Counted from the stretch's first letter, positions 1-9,712 are shown. The stretch is 64,000 bases of DNA from Burkholderiales bacterium (GCA_031414695.1 JANNWG010000030.1:20130-84129); one strand, 5' to 3'. Translations and numbers: made by a program. The notes: a model not told the origin generated them from the sequence alone.

Positions 1-1
1 A

Positions 2-772
2 CAACCGCTCGCCATTGACCTCGATCCGCAAGCTCATCTGTCGCATTTGTCTGGGGTGACTATTTCAGATGCGGCTGATAGCCTCTACGCACACTATCGC
101 GATAACAAGTCGCTGACGGCGATTGCGCGTGATACCGGGCGCGGCTGGCTATTGCTACCAGCCCATTTAGAACTTGCCAAAATGGATACGCAATTTGGCA
201 AAGGGCCAAATATTTTGAATAAGCTTAAGCTCTCGCTCATGCGCGAGCAACTAGACACGATAAATTCGGTGTTGCGTCCTGTCGTGATAGATTGCTGCCC
301 ATTGCTAGGTGTGCTGTCGTTATCAGCGATTTTGGCGGCGGATAAGGTGGTGATACCTGTCTCGGCAGATTATTTGGCGGTTAAGGGTGCGCTGCAGGTC
401 GAGAAAACATTAAACGCGTTAGGGCCGGTGGTCAAAAAGCGTATCGCGCGCCGCTATGTGATTACGCGATTTGATGGACGTCGCAAAATGTCATGGGAAA
501 TTGATCGTACATTCCGCGAAAAATTTGGTGCAGATGTGTGTGAAACACGCATCTCTGAGACCGTATCGTTGGCAGAAAGCCCATTCGCCGAAAAGGATGT
601 GTTCGACTACGCGCCTGATAGCCGTGGCGCAAAAGACTACCAAGCGCTATACGAGGAACTATTCACAAATGTGACGACGCAAGATGAAGATGAGCTGCCA
701 AAGCCTAATATTGGCGGGCGTTTTCAGGCATATATTGCTCAAACGCCTCGTCCTGCTTCGGTTTTTGGTTGA
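2..772 (+). CDS. ParA/Soj-family ATPase, 5' end off-window (partial)
   Basis: The frame is open from base 2 (QPLAIDLDPQAHLS precedes the listed ORF 47..772). ParA-like blocks LAIDLDPQ, VVIDCCPLLG, VIPVSADYLAVKG and ISETVSLAESP are present. The Walker A motif would lie upstream of the window. Confidence 0.8.
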   Translation, partial: QPLAIDLDPQAHLSHLSGVTISDAADSLYAHYRDNKSLTAIARDTGRGWLLLPAHLELAKMDTQFGKGPNILNKLKLSLMREQLDTINSVLRPVVIDCCPLLGVLSLSAILAADKVVIPVSADYLAVKGALQVEKTLNALGPVVKKRIARRYVITRFDGRRKMSWEIDRTFREKFGADVCETRISETVSLAESPFAEKDVFDYAPDSRGAKDYQALYEELFTNVTTQDEDELPKPNIGGRFQAYIAQTPRPASVFG

Positions 773-794
773 ATCTGCTTTCTGTAATTCAAGC

Positions 795-1016
795 TCAGGG
801 TTTCGAATCTTGACCGATGATTAAACTAATCGCGCTTTCAAGATCAGTGCCTTCGCCACGCATCACGTTATCGATACTGCGCGCTTCAATGATTTTGCAT
901 TGGTGATACATCTGCTTTAACTTTACTTCGGCATGCGCCATATCGTTACCATGAACCACTAGGTTATCGACAGTAGTGCCGGTACGTGTTTCTATTTTAA
1001 AGCCAAATTTTTGCAT
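795..1016 (-). CDS. hypothetical small protein (73 aa, MQKFGFKIETRTG...)
   Basis: The listed ORF 795..1103 overlaps the upstream gene. An internal ATG at 1016 lies 4 nt after the stop of 1021..1635, consistent with a coupled two-gene operon. No family recognised. Confidence 0.4.
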   Translation of the reverse strand: MQKFGFKIETRTGTTVDNLVVHGNDMAHAEVKLKQMYHQCKIIEARSIDNVMRGEGTDLESAISLIIGQDSKP

Positions 1017-1020
1017 GAAA

Positions 1021-1635
1021 TTACTCTGAAAAATAGCGTTTGAAGATAGCGACAAATTTTTCTGAAACATCTCGCGAAATAGCTGCCTCCAATATACGTG
1101 CACATACCCCTACTGATTTCATCAATTCGTCCGCAGTATCGGCCGACATGATTTTGATTTGTACTAAATCCACATCGCGACCAAGCACACGACGCAGCTC
1201 AAAAAGTAGTGTCGCCTTCACATCGTCAAGTGATAATGTGTTGAGTGTACTTTTCCATGCATTACGCTGATCCGTTGTCGCGGCAATCGCTGCAAAGGCA
1301 TGTGCGTCAGACACGCTGGGCTCCGTTGCTACTGCAATCACGCGAAGCCTTTGCGTAGCGCTGATTTCTGCTGAATCTTCATTCTCAGCTGCGTTTACAG
1401 GCGTTGGAATAATCAAGCCAATCTTAATCAAGCTGCGAATAGCGTCATCTACCAAATCATTATTGGCCAATGATGGGTGATTATTCAATTCCCCAAATGT
1501 GCGTACATTATTCACCAGACCAAACACGATTTTAAGGTGTTGCGGCATTTGAAAGCCCAAGGCAAGCAGCTCTTGTGCTGCTTCATCGTTGCGTTGAAAG
1601 TAAATACGGTCTGATGCTAAATCGCGGATAGTCAT
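1021..1635 (-). CDS. hypothetical protein (204 aa)
   Basis: Uninterrupted ORF of ordinary composition, divergent from oxyR. No family recognised. Confidence 0.55.
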   Translation of the reverse strand: MTIRDLASDRIYFQRNDEAAQELLALGFQMPQHLKIVFGLVNNVRTFGELNNHPSLANNDLVDDAIRSLIKIGLIIPTPVNAAENEDSAEISATQRLRVIAVATEPSVSDAHAFAAIAATTDQRNAWKSTLNTLSLDDVKATLLFELRRVLGRDVDLVQIKIMSADTADELMKSVGVCARILEAAISRDVSEKFVAIFKRYFSE

Positions 1636-1900
1636 ATTTTCAGTCGCTGTTTGGCTCTAAAGCTGTGCTGCATAAATGAGGTGGTCAACATTTTGTCGTT
1701 TTGATCTTGATGACTCAATGTGAGGATTTTTGTCGCACGCTTTGGATTTCACGCTAAATTGATTGTAGATTATTGCTGATTCAAATGACAAAACGATTTC
1801 TCAAAACAGTGAATTAACGTAGGTCGTTCTACTAGTGTTCACAACATTTAACCTTCGAGCAATGTATTAAATACGTTTGTTAGATTGATGTTTGACGTGT

Positions 1901-1917
1901 GATAGTATTTTTCTATC
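1901..1917. promoter_or_regulatory. candidate LysR/OxyR-type operator (GATAG-N7-CTATC dyad)
   Basis: Perfect dyad GATAGTATTTTTCTATC about 20 nt upstream of the oxyR ATG. It matches the ATAG-N7-CTAT element of OxyR/LysR T-N11-A boxes. Confidence 0.4.
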
Positions 1918-1937
1918 AAAACGTTTTAGGGTTTGAC

Positions 1938-2876
1938 ATGAATTTGCGTGATTTGCGTTACTTAGTCGCACTTGCCGACTTAAAACATTTTGGTCGTGCC
2001 GCACAAGCGAGCTTTGTATCACAGCCTACTTTATCGACACAGCTCAAAAAATTTGAAGATGAGTTAGGTGTGGCGCTAATTGAGCGAAATCCACGCAATG
2101 TGATGCTGACGCCAGTGGGTGAGGCAATTGTGGCGCGGGCACGGATAATTTTGCGCGAAGCGGATGAAATGAAAAATATTGCACGCCGCGCAAAGGACCC
2201 TGAATCGGGCATGGTGAAGTTGGGTATTTTTCCGACGCTAGGGCCGTATTTATTGCCGCATATTATTCCGCCAATCGTTGCGCGATTTCCGCAATTAGCG
2301 CTTATCTTGATAGAAGAAAAAACGGAAGTCATCTTAAAAAAATTGCAAGATGGCGAGCTTGATTGCGCGATATTGGCCTTACCTATTCATGATGATAATT
2401 TGCATGTTGAATTTTTATTTGAAGAAGATTTTATTTTGGCTGTGCCGCAATCACACGCGTTTGCAACATTAAAAAAAACCACACTTGCCGATTTGGCAGA
2501 ACAAACACTATTGCTACTTGATGACGGCCATTGCCTGCGAGATCAAGCGCTGGAGGTTTGCCACACTTCTGGTGCGGGTGAACAATCTGGCTTTCGTGCG
2601 ACTAGTCTTGAGACGTTACGGCACATGGTGGCGGCAAATGTCGGCATGACATTACTGCCTGCGCTTACGGTGCATCCACCATCGCCAAGCCCCGCAACTA
2701 TTGCATTGGTACCTTTTAGTGAGCCAGTGCCGCATCGCAGAATCGCCATGGTGTGGCGGCGCAGTTCGGCATTAGCCGCGTTTTTGCAAAAGATTGTGCC
2801 GTTGGTGCGGGGTATTCCGAAGCATTTACTGCGCTCACCAAAAAGCGCGCCCAAGTTATCGAAGGCTAATAAATGA
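1938..2876 (+). CDS. oxyR: LysR-family hydrogen-peroxide sensor OxyR
   Basis: LysR HTH N-terminus (MNLRDLRYLVALADLKHFGRAAQASFVSQPTLSTQLKKFE). Redox cysteine pair in DDGHCLRDQALEVCH, as in E. coli OxyR C199/C208. Start moved to ATG 1938 inside listed ORF 1899..2876. Confidence 0.85.
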   Translation: MNLRDLRYLVALADLKHFGRAAQASFVSQPTLSTQLKKFEDELGVALIERNPRNVMLTPVGEAIVARARIILREADEMKNIARRAKDPESGMVKLGIFPTLGPYLLPHIIPPIVARFPQLALILIEEKTEVILKKLQDGELDCAILALPIHDDNLHVEFLFEEDFILAVPQSHAFATLKKTTLADLAEQTLLLLDDGHCLRDQALEVCHTSGAGEQSGFRATSLETLRHMVAANVGMTLLPALTVHPPSPSPATIALVPFSEPVPHRRIAMVWRRSSALAAFLQKIVPLVRGIPKHLLRSPKSAPKLSKANK

Positions 2877-4105
2877 ACCCTAATAAACCTGCCGCCCAAG
2901 CTTGGTGGTTCATCACGCTACTTGCCGCCGCAGTTTTGATGGTAACCATGGGCGCGCGTCAGTCGATGGGGCTATTTGTGTCGCCTCTCAATACTGCCAC
3001 AGGGTTGGGTATTGCCTCGATTAGTTTTTCATTAGCCATTGGTCAATTTATGTGGGGTGCGGTGCAGCCATTTGCAGGTGCGGTGGCGGACCGCTATGGA
3101 CCAGGTCGTGTGATTGCGGCGGGGGCGGTTATTTTGTCATTAGGGTTTGCCGCCACACCGTACATGACTTCCAGTACAGGGCTGACATTGACCATCGGTT
3201 TTTTAATGGCAGCGGGTGCAGGCGCGGGTAGTTTTTCAGTCTTGATTGGTGCCGCCGCGCAACGATTGCCGGCTGAAAAACGCGGAATGGCATCCGGTAT
3301 TATCAATGCTGGCGGTTCGTTCGGGCAGTTTTTATTTGCACCGATTGTGCAAAAGCTTATCAGTGTTACAGGTTGGATGGGCGCCATGTGGACTATGGCA
3401 GTGGTCACGCTATTTACCTTGCCGTTAGCTTGGTTGTTGCGTCGCCAGCCATCTCACAAAACACAAGCTGCGCATGCCAATGAAAAACCTATCGAAGAAA
3501 TCGGTTTAAAAGCCACCGTTGTTACCGCGTTAAAAGACCCTAGTTATTTATTGCTACACGCTGGATTTTTCACCTGCGGGTTTCATATTGCTTTTTTGGT
3601 CACACATTTGCCAGGTGAAGTCGCGCTATGCGGCTTGCCTGCCAATGTTGCTAGCTGGTCACTCGCCATCATTGGCTTAGCGAATATTGTCGGCAGCCTA
3701 TTAGCAGGCTGGGGCGTGGGTAAATACCGCAGCAAGATGATTTTATTTTGGATGTACGCCTCACGTGCATTGTTGATTGGGGTGTATTTAATGTCACCAA
3801 AAACAGAGGTGACGTTTTACTTATTCGCTGCCGGATTAGGACTCACGTGGCTGGCCACTGTGCCGCCCACGGCGGGCGTGGTCAGTAAATTATTTGGTAC
3901 ACGTTATCTCGCTACACTGTTTGGGTTAACCCTTTTCTCACACCAAGTTGGCGGCTTTTTCGGCGCTTGGTTGGGCGGCATTGCGGTGACAGAGCTTGGC
4001 AGTTACCAGCTAATGTGGGTCGCCGATATTTCTTTGGCATTACTCGCGGCAGTGGCGAATTTACCCATCAAAGAAGCGCATGTTGGTGCATTGCAACGCA
4101 CGTAA
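2873..4105 (+). CDS. MFS transporter
   Basis: 410 aa with about 12 hydrophobic helices and an MFS-like N-terminal half. The start overlaps the oxyR stop (ATGA). Confidence 0.8.
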   Translation: MNPNKPAAQAWWFITLLAAAVLMVTMGARQSMGLFVSPLNTATGLGIASISFSLAIGQFMWGAVQPFAGAVADRYGPGRVIAAGAVILSLGFAATPYMTSSTGLTLTIGFLMAAGAGAGSFSVLIGAAAQRLPAEKRGMASGIINAGGSFGQFLFAPIVQKLISVTGWMGAMWTMAVVTLFTLPLAWLLRRQPSHKTQAAHANEKPIEEIGLKATVVTALKDPSYLLLHAGFFTCGFHIAFLVTHLPGEVALCGLPANVASWSLAIIGLANIVGSLLAGWGVGKYRSKMILFWMYASRALLIGVYLMSPKTEVTFYLFAAGLGLTWLATVPPTAGVVSKLFGTRYLATLFGLTLFSHQVGGFFGAWLGGIAVTELGSYQLMWVADISLALLAAVANLPIKEAHVGALQRT

Positions 4106-4155
4106 ATACCCTCGCTACGGTATCATCGCAAAACACAAAATAATAAGGAGTAAAC

Positions 4156-5433
4156 ATGTCCGACGTTACCCGCAGTTTTATTGGCATTGCCATTTTAATT
4201 TTGATCGGCTGGTTGTTTTCGCTGTCTCGCGGCAAGGTTAATTGGCGCATTGTACTGTCGGCATTGGTATTGCAATTGGGCATTGGCGCGTTGGTGTTGT
4301 TTTCCGACACGGGTAGCCGTGCGCTGAAGGCAGTAGCCGACGTGGTGACAAATGTGCTGAAATTTGGTGGCAAGGGTGCAGAATTTTTGTTCGGCAATAT
4401 TGTGAGCGGCGCGGCATTTTCGCCTGGTGGTCTCGGGTTTGTGTTTGCGTTTCAAGTGTTGCCAGCCATTATTTATGTGACGTCCTTGATTGCGGTGCTG
4501 TATTACTTGGGCATCATGCGTTGGATTATTACGATACTCGGCACGGCACTGCAAAAATTATTAGGCGTATCAAAAATTGAATCGTTTTGCGCGGTGACGA
4601 CTATTTTTCTCGGTCAAAACGAGATGGGCGCGGCGGTGAAGCCATTTGTTGGGCAACTCAAAGGCCCGACCATATTTGTCATCATGACCAGTGGTATGGC
4701 GAGCGTGGCGGGTGCGGCGTTGGCGGGTTACGCGGGGCTTGGCGTGAAGATGGAGTACTTGATTGCGGCGTCATTCATGGCGATACCAGGTGGATTATTG
4801 TTTGGTAAATTACTTTGCCCCTCGACGGAGACGGACAATGTTCGCTTCGACAATATGCATTTTGATGAGAAAAAACCTGCAAATGTGATTGAGGCCGCCG
4901 CCAGTGGCGCGGCATTGGGTTTGCAAATTGCGCTTGCAGTGGGGGCAATGCTGATTGCCTTCATTGGGCTGATAGCGCTACTCAATGGTATGGTCGGTGG
5001 TGCTGCTAACTGGATGGGCTATGCCAATGTCAATATGGAAACGCTACTCGGCAAAGCATTCGCGCCGCTCGCGTATATGCTCGGGGTGTCATGGGAACAT
5101 GCGACATTTGCGGGTAATTTGATTGGGCAAAAATTAATCTTAAATGAATTTGTTGCCTACATTGGCTTAGCGCCATACTTGAAAGAGCCCGCACAAGTCA
5201 TCGCCGCTGGCTTGATACCAATTGATTCGCGCACCTTGGCGATACTGTCATTTGCGCTTTGTGGCTTCGCCAATCTCTCTTCTATTGCCATCTTAGCCGG
5301 CGCCTTTGGAAGCGTCGCACCGCACCTACGTACCGTCGTCGCCAAATATGGTTTACGCGTGGTGCTGGCTGCAACGTTATCAAACCTAATGAGCGCTACG
5401 ATAGCGGGTATTTTCTTGTCGGCAAGGGCATGA
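4156..5433 (+). CDS. nupC: NupC/CNT-family concentrative nucleoside transporter
   Basis: 425-aa polytopic protein with NupC-like blocks (GGKGAEFLFGN, FAFQVLPAIIY, TTIFLGQNE, CGFANLSSIAI). Lies directly upstream of deoA. Confidence 0.8.
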   Translation: MSDVTRSFIGIAILILIGWLFSLSRGKVNWRIVLSALVLQLGIGALVLFSDTGSRALKAVADVVTNVLKFGGKGAEFLFGNIVSGAAFSPGGLGFVFAFQVLPAIIYVTSLIAVLYYLGIMRWIITILGTALQKLLGVSKIESFCAVTTIFLGQNEMGAAVKPFVGQLKGPTIFVIMTSGMASVAGAALAGYAGLGVKMEYLIAASFMAIPGGLLFGKLLCPSTETDNVRFDNMHFDEKKPANVIEAAASGAALGLQIALAVGAMLIAFIGLIALLNGMVGGAANWMGYANVNMETLLGKAFAPLAYMLGVSWEHATFAGNLIGQKLILNEFVAYIGLAPYLKEPAQVIAAGLIPIDSRTLAILSFALCGFANLSSIAILAGAFGSVAPHLRTVVAKYGLRVVLAATLSNLMSATIAGIFLSARA

Positions 5434-5446
5434 GGCAAACTTTTGT

Positions 5447-5553
5447 AACCGCCGATGAACGCCGATCAACGCCGATAAAATCAAAGGCAACTTCATTTTT
5501 TTTTCTGCTTTTATCGGCGTGCATCGGCGTCTATCGGCGTCCATCGGCGGTTA
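5447..5553. repeat. inverted arrays of a 10-bp unit (3 x ACGCCGATNA versus 4 x TNATCGGCGT) forming a long hairpin
   Basis: Left arm TAACCGCCGATGAACGCCGATCAACGCCGATAAAA. Right arm TTTTATCGGCGTGCATCGGCGTCTATCGGCGTCCATCGGCGGTTA. The loop contains a T9 run. Lies between nupC and deoA. Confidence 0.85.
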
Positions 5554-5564
5554 AATAAAAATCC

Positions 5565-6902
5565 ATGCTTCCACAAGAAATCATCCGTAAAAAACGCGAC
5601 GCTGAAATACTCAGCGCTGACGACATTGCCGACTTCATTCGCGGCGTGACGGATAGTCGTGTCAGTGAAGCGCAGATTGCCGCGTTTACGATGGCCACTT
5701 ACTTTAATGGCATGACGCGCGATGAGGCGGTAGCGTTAACTTTTGCCATGCGCGACTCAGGTCGCGTGCTTAATTGGTCGCAATTTAATCTCAATGGCCC
5801 GGTGGTAGATAAGCATTCCACCGGCGGTGTTGGCGATGTGGTCTCGTTGATGTTGGGGCCAATGTTGGCGGCGTGTGGTGCGTATGTGCCGATGATTTCA
5901 GGTCGTGGCCTAGGCCACACAGGCGGTACGCTTGATAAGCTCGATAGTATTCCGGGCTACCAAACTAACATTACGACAGATAAATTTCAGCAGGTGGTGC
6001 GTGATGTGGGCGTGGCGATTATTGGCCAGACAGCGGAATTAGCACCCGCAGATAAACGCATTTATGCAACCCGTGATGTGACCGCAACGGTGGAGTCGAT
6101 CCCCTTAATTACCGCTTCAATATTGTCAAAAAAGCTCGCGGCTGGACTAGAGTCGCTGGTCATGGATGTTAAGGTTGGCTCGGGTGCATTCATGCCGACG
6201 CTAGAAAAATCACGTGCCTTGGCGCAAAGTATTGTCGATGTTGGCAACGGTGCTGGTATGAAAACTACCGCACTCTTAACTGATATGAACGAGCTACTCG
6301 CCCCCTGTGCTGGTAACGCGATTGAAGTGAAATGCGCGCTCGATTATCTAACAGGTAAATCACGCCCTGCGCGATTGCATGCGGTGACAATGGCGCTATC
6401 AATTGAACTATTGACTATTAGCGGGCTGTTTGAGACAAAAATGCTTGCAAGTGAAGCACTAGAGAGGAGTTTGCATAGTGGTCGTGCGGCAGAGATTTTT
6501 GGTGAAATGGTCGCGGCACTCGGTGGAGCGACTGATTTTGTCGAGCGCGCAACGCATTATTTACCCATTGCGCCTGTGCAATATCCAGTTTTAGCAACTG
6601 ATAGCGGCATCTTGGTGAGCATGGATACACGTGCTATTGGCATGGCGGTGGTGGGGCTAGGTGGCGGGCGCGCAACTTCAGCTGACGTGATTGACCCAAG
6701 CGTTGGTTTGCAGGAAGTTGCCGTGATCGGTCAACGCGTCGCTAAAGGTGATGTCTTGGCCAAGATTGCCGCAAAAACACAGGCTGATGCAGAGCGAGCG
6801 GCGGCTGAAATTATCGCGGCGATGCATTTTAATCATGCGTCGTCTGACGCAGCAGATACAAATAAAAAACCAATTGACGCCATCATTGAACAACTACGAT
6901 AA
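5565..6902 (+). CDS. deoA: thymidine phosphorylase
   Basis: 445 aa with classic DeoA blocks: [53 protein letters not shown]. Confidence 0.9.
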   Translation: MLPQEIIRKKRDAEILSADDIADFIRGVTDSRVSEAQIAAFTMATYFNGMTRDEAVALTFAMRDSGRVLNWSQFNLNGPVVDKHSTGGVGDVVSLMLGPMLAACGAYVPMISGRGLGHTGGTLDKLDSIPGYQTNITTDKFQQVVRDVGVAIIGQTAELAPADKRIYATRDVTATVESIPLITASILSKKLAAGLESLVMDVKVGSGAFMPTLEKSRALAQSIVDVGNGAGMKTTALLTDMNELLAPCAGNAIEVKCALDYLTGKSRPARLHAVTMALSIELLTISGLFETKMLASEALERSLHSGRAAEIFGEMVAALGGATDFVERATHYLPIAPVQYPVLATDSGILVSMDTRAIGMAVVGLGGGRATSADVIDPSVGLQEVAVIGQRVAKGDVLAKIAAKTQADAERAAAEIIAAMHFNHASSDAADTNKKPIDAIIEQLR

Positions 6903-6917
6903 CGATAACGACAGCCA

Positions 6918-7421
6918 ATGACTACTACAAACGTAACCTTTACTAGCATCGACGAACTGGCCCAAGCAGTAGGTCTTGCGCTTCACAAACATCAGCTCAT
7001 GCTCGCCACGGCAGAGTCATGCACAGGCGGTGGCATAGCGGAAGCCGTTACGCGCATTTCGGGCTCATCGGCTTGGTTTGATCGTGGCTTTGTGACTTAC
7101 TCGTATGAATCAAAAGTTGATCTACTCGGTGTTACGCGTGAAACCCTGCTTGACCACGGCGCAGTGTCAGAGGAAATCGCGACGCAAATGGTCGAAGGTG
7201 CGATAGCACGATCTAGAGCCCAAGTAGCGGTAGCTGTCACCGGCATTGCCGGGCCAGACGGTGCCCAGCCAGATAAACCTGTTGGCACGGTTTGGTTTGC
7301 GTGGAAATTTCCAAAAAAGCCAATCATTTCAGAGGTTTGCCATTTTCAAGGCGATAGAAGTGCAGTTAGGGCGCAAACGGTTTCGCATGCACTGACCCAG
7401 CTACTGCATAATCTTGGCTGA
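6918..7421 (+). CDS. pncC: CinA-C-domain nicotinamide-nucleotide amidohydrolase
   Basis: 167 aa with TAESCTGGGIAEAVT and VAVTGIAGPDG blocks. Its position immediately upstream of recA matches the E. coli pncC-recA-recX order. Confidence 0.8.
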   Translation: MTTTNVTFTSIDELAQAVGLALHKHQLMLATAESCTGGGIAEAVTRISGSSAWFDRGFVTYSYESKVDLLGVTRETLLDHGAVSEEIATQMVEGAIARSRAQVAVAVTGIAGPDGAQPDKPVGTVWFAWKFPKKPIISEVCHFQGDRSAVRAQTVSHALTQLLHNLG

Positions 7422-7487
7422 ACTTCTAAGCTGAACCCTCCCGACGATATTTTTCAAAAAACACTTGCATTTGGTTTGCCAGTCAGA

Positions 7488-7507
7488 TACTGTACGGAAA
7501 TACAGAC
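7488..7507. promoter_or_regulatory. LexA (SOS) box upstream of recA
   Basis: TACTGTACGGAAATACAGAC contains CTGT-N8-ACAG. TTGCAT at 7465-7470 could be the -35, with the box overlapping the -10 region. Confidence 0.7.
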
Positions 7508-7571
7508 TGTATTTTCATACAACCTTTATTTAAGTTTCTACAATTTAATAAACCATCTACTGGAGCCAGCT

Positions 7572-8633
7572 ATGAACATGAAAGAGCCATTTATGGACGA
7601 AAACAAATCAAAAGCCCTTGCCGCCGCACTTTCGCAGATTGAAAAGCAATTCGGTAAAGGCTCCATTATGAAAATGGGCGAGGGTAGTGTCGCTAATGAC
7701 ATTATTCCCGTCTCCACCGGCTCCCTAGGGCTCGATATCGCATTAGGCATTGGCGGCTTGCCGCGTGGCCGTATTGTTGAGATTTACGGGCCAGAGTCAT
7801 CAGGTAAAACCACACTCACCCTGCAAGTTATCGCAGAAATGCAAAAAACTGGCGGCACTGCGGCTTTTATTGATGCTGAGCACGCACTTGACCCGCAGTA
7901 CGCGCAAAAACTCGGTGTGAATGTAAGTGATCTCTTAGTCTCACAGCCAGATAATGGTGAACAAGCGCTTGAGATTGCCGATATGTTGGTGCGCTCCGGT
8001 GGCGTCGATATTGTGGTTATCGATTCGGTCGCCGCGTTGACACCAAAGGCTGAAATCGAAGGCGAAATGGGCGATTCACACATGGGCTTGCAAGCGCGTC
8101 TGATGTCACAAGCACTGCGTAAACTCACCGCCAATATCAAGCGCTCCAATACGCTAGTAATTTTCATTAATCAAATTCGCATGAAGATTGGCGTCATGTT
8201 TGGTAGCCCTGAAACCACCACCGGTGGCAATGCGCTCAAATTTTATGCTTCAGTGCGTATCGACATTCGCCGCATTGGTGCCATTAAAAATGGCGACGAA
8301 GTCATCGGCTCTGAAACCCGCGTCAAAGTGGTGAAGAATAAAGTTGCGCCGCCATTTCGCATTGCTGAATTTGATATTTTGTATGGCGAAGGCATTTCAC
8401 GCGAAGGCGAAATTATTGAGCTGGGCGTGATTCATAAAATCATTGATAAATCCGGCGCATGGTACGCCTACAAAGGCGAAAAAATTGGCCAAGGCAAAGA
8501 CAACACGCGTAAATTCTTAAAAGAAAACCGTGAAATGGCGCAAGAAATTGAAGCGCGTATTCGCGCTGAAGTTGGCATCGCCGGTAGCAGTGGTGGCGGC
8601 TCTGATGTCAGCGAAGAAGTCGAGGACGAGTAA
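7572..8633 (+). CDS. recA: recombinase RecA
   Basis: Unmistakable RecA sequence ([10 protein letters not shown] Walker [41 protein letters not shown]). GGAG lies 6 nt before ATG 7572. ATG 7593 (MDENKSKAL) is an alternative start. Confidence 0.95.
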   Translation: MNMKEPFMDENKSKALAAALSQIEKQFGKGSIMKMGEGSVANDIIPVSTGSLGLDIALGIGGLPRGRIVEIYGPESSGKTTLTLQVIAEMQKTGGTAAFIDAEHALDPQYAQKLGVNVSDLLVSQPDNGEQALEIADMLVRSGGVDIVVIDSVAALTPKAEIEGEMGDSHMGLQARLMSQALRKLTANIKRSNTLVIFINQIRMKIGVMFGSPETTTGGNALKFYASVRIDIRRIGAIKNGDEVIGSETRVKVVKNKVAPPFRIAEFDILYGEGISREGEIIELGVIHKIIDKSGAWYAYKGEKIGQGKDNTRKFLKENREMAQEIEARIRAEVGIAGSSGGGSDVSEEVEDE

Positions 8634-8708
8634 TCATTTAGCGATATTTTTTGCCACGCGTTTATGTTGTGATGCGTTGCACTTTATGTTGTAACCAGTT
8701 CGATGGTT

Positions 8709-8757
8709 GGGCCGAATGCGAGTGTATGCGAATACATATTGTGTTCGGCCTTTTTTA
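8709..8757 (+). terminator. rho-independent terminator after recA
   Basis: GGCCGAA...TTCGGCC stem followed by TTTTTT. Confidence 0.65.
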
Positions 8758-8826
8758 ATGTTCAGCCGACTGAATCCCCAAACATTTTGAAAATAAGTGA
8801 CAATCAAGGTCAACCCCAGCAACAGT

Positions 8827-8861
8827 TCCTCCCTTTGAAAAAGGGAGGCTAGGAGGGATTG
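8827..8861 (+). repeat. REP family A copy (CCTCCCTTTGAAAAAGGGAGG hairpin + CTAGGAGGGATTG tail)
   Basis: Near-identical copy at 44171..44206, an inverted copy at 44032..44068, and related copies at 13449..13520 and 10004..10047. Confidence 0.8.
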
Positions 8862-8960
8862 CGGTGAGCAGCCACGATTAGGGTAAATAGCACGCCCCCT
8901 TTTTCACAAGTAGGGATTACGTTGTGCAACCGCGAATTAAGTTGAAGAAAAAATACTCAA

Positions 8961-9443
8961 ATGCTAGAAAAGCCTCCCAAACCTGAGAACCGTGAAATTG
9001 TATCTGCCGCACTAAAGCTACTCGCCATGCGTGACATGAGCCGCGTGCAATTTGTCGATAAGCTCACAAAGAAAGAATTCAACGAATACGATATCAATGC
9101 AGCCATCGTATGGTGCGAAGCCGAAGGCTGGCTTAACGAACCACGTTATGCCGAAGTTGCCGCGCGACGCCTCGGCCATAAATACGGCGCGAGCCGTGTC
9201 GCTGCCACATTGCGACAAAAGGGCGTCATTGATGACGTTGTGGTGAGCACAATTGCGGCAATGAAAGACGGTGAACTTTCACGTGCATACAGCGTCTGGG
9301 CGCGTAAATTTGATGCACTTCCCGATACAACCGAAGTCCGCGCAAAACAAACACGCTATTTGCAAGCACGTGGATTTAACTTCGCAGTGATAAAACGCGT
9401 ACTGGCAGGGGAAGAGGATGCAGTTGAGCTGATGGCAGAATAG
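8961..9443 (+). CDS. recX: RecA regulator RecX
   Basis: 160 aa, downstream of recA. Shows the RecX-like three-repeat helical pattern (ALKLLAMRDMSRVQFVDKL, RYAEVAARR, RYLQARGF). Confidence 0.8.
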   Translation: MLEKPPKPENREIVSAALKLLAMRDMSRVQFVDKLTKKEFNEYDINAAIVWCEAEGWLNEPRYAEVAARRLGHKYGASRVAATLRQKGVIDDVVVSTIAAMKDGELSRAYSVWARKFDALPDTTEVRAKQTRYLQARGFNFAVIKRVLAGEEDAVELMAE

Positions 9444-9493
9444 AACGGCAGCGTTGATCAGCAATGTAGCTATTGCGCCGCTATTGTGTTGCG

Positions 9494-9712
9494 CTAGCTA
9501 ATGTGCACTTGCAGTGCTGTTGTTTTGCTTGAAGGAGCGCTAGATTTAGCAATCGGCTTTGTCGAGTTTGCTATCACAGCACGTTGCGGCGTATTGCTTG
9601 TCCAGCGCAATAAACGGTCACCCGCATGAGGGTCGACATTTAGCCATACCAGCGGTGCGGCTGCCATCAGAAATAAAACTAGAAAAACATACTGTCTACG
9701 CGTCACAGACAA
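9494..9712 (-). CDS. possible small membrane-anchored protein (72 aa)
   Basis: One N-terminal hydrophobic helix (YVFLVLFLMAAAPLVWL). No family and no clear RBS. Confidence 0.25.
   Translation of the reverse strand: MSVTRRQYVFLVLFLMAAAPLVWLNVDPHAGDRLLRWTSNTPQRAVIANSTKPIAKSSAPSSKTTALQVHIS

Noticed and set aside
5447-5553. Possible CRISPR-like arrays (also 11705..11830)
   Set aside because: The units are 10 bp and 6 bp with no unique spacers. No cas genes are present.
8634-8822. Small ORFs lying in repeat-rich spacers (8634..8822, 43920..44153, 43925..44110, 5259..5558, 17101..17301)
   Set aside because: They are composed largely of REP or hairpin sequence or odd composition. They have no RBS and lie in spacers better explained by the repeats and terminators.
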